A DNA stretch of 64,000 bases from Octopus sinensis (taxonomy: Eukaryota): NCBI RefSeq assembly GCF_006345805.1, contig NC_042999.1:172732001-172796000 (forward strand). The letters run 5' to 3'. The translations under genes and the position numbers were made by a program. The notes below the pieces were generated by a model, which made no database searches, had not been told where the DNA came from, and worked only from the letters and a program-made list of their open reading frames with translations. The number at the start of each line of letters is the position of its first letter. Positions within the stretch are counted from its first letter, which is position 1. This document shows, in pieces, positions 56,101-64,000 of this stretch.

Positions 56101-57779
56101 ATCATTAAATGAATAGGATGTTTTATAATCGTATTTGACTGTTGTTATTCATGTGATTGTACATGAAGGTTATTCATTTTTAGTGAATGAAAACTTCTTT
56201 ACGGTTATAAGCATAATTTTCATTTATGTTTCTGGGGAATTATTTCTGCAATTGGTATGAATGTTTCCGCACATACATACGTACATATATATGTCTGTAT
56301 ACATGTTTCTCACTAAGAATTTGGTGTAAGTATCTGCAACCCTCGCGAATCTGCAATAGCCATCATATCCTCACAGTTAAAGTTATTCAGAAAGCACCGT
56401 GATTCTCCTACAAATCACAGCTGTCAATGTCATCTGTTTTCCATTTCAATATTCCTACCAGACATCATCTATACTAACTTGTTTGCTATACTGATTCCAT
56501 TAAGTTCTACTCCATTTAGAGAAGCAAGTTACTGAGACGTTTGACAGTGCATTGCTGCCATTTTTCATTCTTGTTGCAGTTACTATTATTGTTGCCTCTC
56601 TTGTTTGTGATATGTTTGTTGCAACTCCTTTCACTGCTGCATTTATGCTGAGCCGCACGATTTGATGCTTTTGGTCTTAACGTTTCCAAATAATTGCTTT
56701 TGGTTTTTTAAAATAAGGATATCTTGTATCCTGCACCTTTTCTTTGTCCCGATCTCAAATAATTTCGGGCGATTTCTGGCCATTTATTGTCACTTCCTTA
56801 TTTTAATGTTTGGACGTATTTGAGGTCATGTTTGACATTCTGGTGTCTCCTTCTGTTATTTATTAGACTCTTCGTAACCGTATGCAGATAAAATTGCTGT
56901 ATTCTATCGTACTGCTACAGAAAATTGGGCACCATGATACATCATTCATAATCTTGAGAACATCTAGTAATTGCATAGTCTTTTATTGGTGGAATCTACT
57001 TTCAAAACGCAATTTCCTTCTAATCTACAGTGCATTTAAATCATACTGAGACTAGGCTTTATTATGGTATATACATTTATAGATTTGTTCACTTAGCCAA
57101 ACTAGGCGCCATTTTTTCATTGTCTCTACTATGATTGTATATTACCCATATAAGGTCCACGAGCTGTAAGTAAAATGTAAAGTTAGTTTCCATTCTCTCG
57201 TCCTTAAGGCCCTCAATACCAATATTTCATAAAACAGTTTACTATCTAAGTTAAGGAGAGATAAATAGGATGAAAGAGGAAGAGAGAGAGAGAGAAATAC
57301 GAAAACATACAGACATAAGAAATGAAGATGCGGTACTTAGATATCGCAGTTTAACCAAACATAGAGGCTCGATCAGTTGAAAAATGAAGAAAATAATTCT
57401 ACCCATGATTATTATGTCATTTCACGCTGATGATATTTTATCCAAAATACCCTTCCTTTTTCAAGTAACGCAATATATATATTTTCGAGCAATATACTTT
57501 TTTTATTTCAAGCAAAATAATAACCTTCTGTCTTCATACACAGGTAAATACAGATTTACGTAAAACATAGGTTGGTAATTAAGTATTCAAATGAAAACAC
57601 AAACATAAAATGCACATCTATAATCACACAAACACTCACATACATACACACTGTTACAAATAATGATAGGTTATACATATTTAATGTCGATACTTGACCA
57701 GAATTTGATCATGAGTATTATACTATATTGCATGCATTGATATACCTTTTCATATATTATGTTTTATTATATTTTGTAG

Positions 57780-57984
57780 TCTGAAGAGTTCTGCGAATTC
57801 CCTTGCCAGTGTCCTATAGAAGAACTTATTTGCAATGAAGGTGTAAAGGCAGTGAAGGATGGATGCGATTGTTGCTACATGTGCGCACGTCAACACGGTG
57901 ACCGATGCAGTCCAAAGGAACGATGCGCAGATGGTCTTTATTGTCAATTAAGCAAAGAAACCAAAGGCGTTGGAATTTGCAAAG
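57780..57984 (+). CDS. CCN: CCN-family gene, IGFBP (IB) domain exon
   Basis: Acceptor TTTTGTAG|T and donor AAAG|GTAAAT. Translation SEEFCEFPCQCPIEELICNEGVKAVKDGCDCCYMCARQHGDRCSPKERCADGLYCQLSKETKGVGICK has 12 Cys in the CCN module-1 pattern (CxxPCxC...GV..V.DGCxCC..CARQ.G..C). Phase 0/1 boundaries are as in vertebrate CCN exon 2. Family-level call only; no specific paralog assigned. Confidence 0.9.
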
Positions 57985-58409
57985 GTAAATCTATACATGT
58001 AGTTTCATATCAGTTGTGTGAGTTACTATCAAAATATCGAGCGAAAAAAACTGTTTGATATGGCTGCGTTTTACGTGAGTACACACAATTGTATGAAGTG
58101 TACTCATGAGTGTATATGAATGTCAGAGGTCTCCCATAGTTGGACTTGTTTCTGGTTCAATTTTGATGTGATTGTGAGTACCTAGTACGCATTTTGTGTT
58201 CAAATATTTCAAAGAATGACTTTTGATATCATATCCTTAGTAAATAAGAATATCAGTATTTTACAAACGTTGAATTTCAAATGTTAATCATGTAAAGTGA
58301 ATTACATGAATGCATATACATTGATTGTGAGTCGACGTGTACATGTATGTATATGAATAATAGTGCATGCATTCATGTATATAGGATTTTCTATGAGAAG
58401 GTTTAGAAA

Positions 58410-58625
58410 TGCCTTATGTGTATATATATATATATATATATACATATGTATATATAAATATATATATGTCTAAGTATGTGTGTTTATGTATATACATATA
58501 TACATATATATGTGTGTATATATACGTGTCTATAAGTTCATATGTGTAAATATGCATGTCACACATACGTATATATATATATATATATATACATACATAT
58601 ACGTATACGTTTATATATTTGCATG

Positions 58626-58656
<31 letters not shown>

Positions 58657-58725
58657 AGCTGCATGGATATATGCATATATATATATACGTATACATTTAT
58701 ATATATATATATGAAAATAAGATAT

Positions 58726-58758
<33 letters not shown>

Positions 58759-58765
58759 AACAAAC

Positions 58766-58814
<49 letters not shown>

Positions 58815-58837
58815 TATATATATATGAAAATAAGATA

Positions 58838-58904
<67 letters not shown>

Positions 58905-58912
58905 ATAAGATA

Positions 58913-58954
<42 letters not shown>

Positions 58955-59040
58955 CACACATATATATATATGTGTGTGTATGTATATATTATTATATATA
59001 TATATACATATATATATATTGTGTATTCATATATAGATAT
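58410..59040. repeat. Compound TA-rich tract with 3 copies of ATGAAAATAAGATATATATGTG
   Basis: Copies near 58711, 58824 and 58899 within (TA)n. Confidence 0.9.
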
Positions 59041-60129
59041 AGATACACACAGATAGATTTAAGTGCTTGTTGGCAATACAGGACTTCATTTAATATAAGC
59101 TCAATTCATGTAATAAAGATGTAGAACATTGTGATGTTTATCAGACAAATATATTTTAAATAATATATTTCCTCTAGTTTAGGAGAAACATTTAGTAAAA
59201 TAGAAGTATAAATGAAAAAATAACCTTCTTGAAACCGTTTTTACTATGAAACTGTTATACATAATATGTGTACGAGCAGATCTCGTTCTTCTTTAAGATG
59301 CTCAGCACCTCAAGACATAAATGTAACCTCCATAAGCTTATTTACTGGTGGCTAAATTAGAATGTTAATATTCTGTTTCAGTTATTGCTGTTTAAATCCC
59401 TGTTGTGTAATTGAAGGAAAATATAGAGCGTATAAAACGTAAGAAAAATGAAAGGGATAGAAATTATTAGTACAACGTTTTGGTAGAAGAAACAAATGAA
59501 AATTAGATGAGAAATAAAATTTGAAGTGAGAACTAAGAGCAATGATTAGCAGAAATATTTCAGAAGAAAATATCAAGAAGCTACCTGAAGCTACAAGCAA
59601 CATTCAAAATATTGTTCGTGTGATAGGATTTAGAGTAGTGAGTGTGGAAGTGATCATTGTGACCGCTAGTCAATGAATAACTTAGGAAGCCTACATCACT
59701 TTAATTAACAATACTATTATGTTTAGCTTTAATTTCAGCTAGAGTGTCCTTAGCTTCCACTGCTAATCACGTTCATTCCCTTAGTTTTCTGAATCTTTTT
59801 CATGTATATTTCCTATTTCTCTCTAATTTTTCGTTTCTTATTTTTTATGTTTCTTCGTTCCTTATTATTTCAGTTCTCCCTAAATATATAGACTCGACCA
59901 ATATAATATAAGACTTACTAGATTGATATATCAGTTTCTTATGGCGTATCCTATGTCTCTGCAAGCAAATAACGTAACTGGACAGAGAAGCATAAACCAA
60001 CACATTTCTTAAATATAAACATAAATGATTGTTATGTTTACAGATATATATATGTGTGTGTGTTCGTGTGTGTGTGCGTTTATATGTATATATGTTTATA
60101 TATATTATATATATAATATATATATATAT

Positions 60130-60175
<46 letters not shown>

Positions 60176-60231
60176 GAAATATTAAAATTACTAAGTCTCT
60201 CTAAAAGAGAACACGGCAGCGTTCCTGGAAA

Positions 60232-60638
60232 ATAATAGTTATCGCCATACTAATATGGCATTCTTATAAAAATAAGAATAAAGCTGTCCGCTTATTAGCT
60301 CCATGAGGCCATCGCGTTAAGTTAGCTATTTGATAGACAAACTGTATCCATATAACCTTCGAACAAGGGAGGTCAGTCGCTCCACACTACTTGAACAGAG
60401 ATTGTCGGAAGCGACACCTACTGGTCTGACTACGCTGCATTGAAAAGGGGGAATACCCCGAAACGCGTCTGTAGCTGTCGATCAAGTAGTGTGGAGCGAC
60501 TGACCTCCCTTGTTCGAAGGTTATATGGATACAGTTTGTGTATCAAATAGCTAACTTAAGGCGATGGCCTCATGGAGCTAATAAGCGGACAGCTTTATTC
60601 TTATTTTTATAAGAATGCCATATTAGTATGGCGATAAC

Positions 60639-60644
<6 letters not shown>
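60232..60644. repeat. Inverted repeat, 163-bp arms, 87-nt spacer containing a hammerhead motif
   Basis: 60232-60394 vs 60482-60644, two mismatches seen; right end abuts (TA)n. Confidence 0.95.
60434..60475 (+). ncRNA. Minimal type I hammerhead motif with U3-A8 covariant core
   Basis: GCTGCA-TTGAAAA-GGGG(GAATA)CCCC-GAAA-CGCG-TC-TGTAGC: 6-bp helix I with one G.U, 4-bp helix II, palindromic ACGCGT helix III, GUC triplet 60467-69. Core TTGAAAA instead of CTGANGA. Confidence 0.7.
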
Positions 60645-60674
<30 letters not shown>

Positions 60675-61026
60675 GCTGTGTGATAAGAAACTTGCTCCCA
60701 ACCAGATGGTTATGTGTTCGATCCCACTGCGTGGCACCTATGGAAACTTTTGGTAGGCGAAAACGGAAAAAAAGCTTGTGTGTGTGTGTGTGTGTATCAT
60801 TGTGCGTGTGTCTTTGTATCTTTGTTTATCCCCACCATCTTCGTTTGACAATCGGTGATGATGTGTTTATGTCCCCGTAACTGAATGGTTCAGCAAAGCG
60901 ATCATTAGAATAAGCACAAAGTTTTAGAAAATAAGTCCTGTGGTCGAAATGCTCAAGAAAAATATTTCAAGGCATTGCTCTAGCATCGCCACACCCAAAT
61001 GGCTGAAACAAGTAAAAGAACAGAAG
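60675..61026 (+). mobile_element. SINE family B, near full length
   Basis: Head GTTCGATCCCACTGCGTGGCACC and tail TGAAACAAGTAAAAGA. Confidence 0.75.
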
Positions 61027-61961
61027 AGTATGTATATATGTATGTATCACACTTTAACAGCCTTCTATGTGCATTCATATGTGTGTGTATATTCACATTT
61101 GTTTGTATATATATGTGTGTGTGTCTGTGTGTGTGTGTGCGCGCGTTTGTGTAATTGTATCTGCATATCTATAAATATGTGTGTGCTTGTAAGTATGCAT
61201 GTACATTTCTAAGAGTTTATAATCAATATTTTTATTTGTATCTGTCTATTTATATCCTTGTGTGTGTGTGTGTTTGCGTTTGTGCGTGAGAGAGTATGTG
61301 TGGATTTCAGTATGCATATATATCTTCCTAACGTTTTATTAGGATGAATATATTTATCGGTCTTAAGAGTATATCTGGTAACCTGAACGGAAAGCAGGAA
61401 CTACGAATACTTGTATTGGTATCACTCAGGTTGTTGTTGTCAACTGGAAAAACAAAAGTACGTCTCGGAGCATTCGGTGCAACTCGATTAATTGAAATAC
61501 ACCAAATTACTCTTCCTAAAAAAATATTATACAGAATTAATATCACTAATACTAAATATTCTTCACTTCTCCGAAAAAGCTGAAATAAAATATAGAAATA
61601 TATTTATTAGATAATACTAAAGTTTTTCATTGCATTTCCCTAAGAATCGAAGCCGTATTAAGTCAGTGTAATAATACTAATTCTTAGTAAAAGTAACAAT
61701 AATAGTAATTACAACTACTAAGACAAAAGCAACCATACACACATACATGCTCACACACAAACACACACACACGCGCGCGCGCGCAGACACACCAATGTGC
61801 GTATGACTATATATATGCATAAATGTTCAAAAATGAGAACATGTGCTCAACATTGCATTGGTGGATAAGGCACATTAAAGCTCCAATTGGCTTCACGTCT
61901 AATGATATTTACATACTTTCCTAATTTGCAACAAAGGATATATATATATATATATATATAT

Positions 61962-62040
61962 ATTAATGCTTCTTTCATCAGAGCCATTTTGTGTTATATA
62001 TATATATATATATAATGTCTCTGATGAAAGAAGCATTAAT
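61962..62040. repeat. Short hairpin, 27-bp arms with a TA-rich loop
   Basis: ATTAATGCTTCTTTCATCAGAG-C-CATT vs AATG-T-CTCTGATGAAAGAAGCATTAAT, one mismatch. Confidence 0.85.
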
Positions 62041-62196
62041 TTTCTTAGGTCATTCAATGTTTCTGAATTGATCAAAAGACTCATGGTGTAAACCTAACGG
62101 TAATATATCTATACTGACTACTGGAATGTAAGTCAATTGTAAGTCAAATTTGCTCCAATAAAGGAGAAATACGTAGTGACCGTTATTTTAAACTTG

Positions 62197-62257
<61 letters not shown>

Positions 62258-62260
<3 letters not shown>

Positions 62261-62320
62261 TAGCAGAGATACCCAGCGTTGCTCGGGATTAAAATGGTAT
62301 AGATATTTATTGTTTTACTT
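62258..62320 (-). mobile_element. Helitron 3' terminus
   Basis: Minus strand: CCCGAGCAACGCTGGG hairpin, short spacer, CTAG then T; inserted at (TA)n. Confidence 0.6.
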
Positions 62321-62334
62321 GTTTCGCTCATGTG

Positions 62335-62605
<271 letters not shown>

Positions 62606-63511
62606 ATTATATTATATATGTACTTGGAAATTTATGGGTGGCGTTCAATTAGATGATAATAATAAATTATATATAATGACAACTGGATTGTAAATCAATT
62701 GTAAGTCAAATTTGCTCCAATAAACGAGAAATACGTAGTGACATTTATTTTTACTTGTTTTATAAGATCAGCAAAATTTAGATTCAGATAAATATGGTAC
62801 TTAAGTCAAAGGTACCAGAATTTTGTATGGTATTATCCATATAAATCAAATGGGGTGATTATAATCAAAATAAGCAACAAGTATATCCGAGGTAGAGTAG
62901 TACAATTGTTTCATGCTACTTCATTTTATTAAACACTGTAGGTATTACATCAGTTTTAAAATGTCGAGCAATCTTCAGCCACTTATAGAATTTTCCAATT
63001 AAACGGACAATGCCCATTCTTATCTCTATTTCATGTGCCAACGTTATAAAGAGGATAGACATATAGACAGAGAGGCTGATTTCATTCTTAAGAATATGAT
63101 AGTAGTAAATTCACTCTCTATCTGTAGATTTTATCATTGAGTTTTGTTATTTAGATCTGTCAGTGGGGGGGGGGATTTTTGGTTGGATGGAGACAAAGAA
63201 TTTGTTCTATTTATAGATATAGGAAGGGGTAGTACAAATGTCAAAACCATGAACCTATTCCCATTTTGAGGAATTCAGTTTAGACACATTTGAATGTATT
63301 ATAGCAAAAAGCTTGTACGTTGAAATTATAGGGGTAGGGGAGCATAGAATACAAGTGCACTAGAGGTTTTAATGTTCCTTACCATTTGGCATCCAGATTC
63401 TATATTAAGAAATTTAAGTAAATATTCATTAGATAATTTCCTAAAGGATTTCAATATATATTAGTATCTTATATAGGGATAGAAAATATAGAAATCATTT
63501 CATATTTATAT

Positions 63512-63556
<45 letters not shown>

Positions 63557-63562
63557 ATATAC

Positions 63563-64000
63563 ATTTCTATTAATATATAATCATAATTAGCTAGTAAATG
63601 ATGATTTTTTAGTGAGTTGAATTATTTAAAAATGTTAGACATAATATTTACTAACTGTGGAAAAAAACTTTATTAATTTAGTACCTATATCAGGATTCAA
63701 TAAGATATATTAAAAATTATTGGAAGGGAGGTAATCAAGATGAACCAAGTAATTTCTCTAGATATATAAAATTATTTGTAATTATTTCATATCAATATAT
63801 CTCTATTTCTATTAATATAGAATCATAATTAGCTAGTAAATGGGGATTTGTTTTATTAATGAGTCGAATTAAAAGAATATGTTAGACATAATATATATTA
63901 CCTGTGGAGAAAAATTTATCAATTTAGTAAATATATGAGGAATCAATAAGATATATTAAAAAGTAATGGAAGGGAGGTAATCAAGATGAACGAAGTAATT
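63563..64000 (+). repeat. ~242-bp diverged tandem duplication running off the window
   Basis: ATTTCTATTAATATA.AATCATAATTAGCTAGTAAATG at 63563 and 63805; GGAAGGGAGGTAATCAAGATGAAC in both units. Confidence 0.9.

Overview
AT-rich, repeat-dense eukaryotic genomic DNA. The SINE families, R4/Dong, RTE, CR1, Tx1 and Penelope relics and very long (TA)n/(CA)n/(AAT)n tracts point to a coleoid cephalopod, most likely Octopus (inference from repeat content). Only one host gene is supported: the first two coding exons of a CCN-family (CYR61/CTGF/NOV-like) gene on the + strand. These are a signal-peptide exon ending at 53148 and a 12-Cys IGFBP-domain exon at 57780-57984; the remaining exons were not seen and probably lie beyond the window. 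Most listed ORFs are microsatellite artefacts. The most striking unexplained structure is a set of long foldback palindromes abutting (TA)n tracts (20191-21485, 35033-35341, 60232-60644). Two of them carry hammerhead ribozyme motifs: a fully canonical one at 21341-21431, and a U3-A8 covariant one in the sense strand of the CCN intron at 60434-60475. A third, degenerate U3-A8 core lies in the tail of a Penelope-like relic. Retrotransposons are also chained through shared (AAT)n tracts. All folds and alignments were done by eye; no searches were run.
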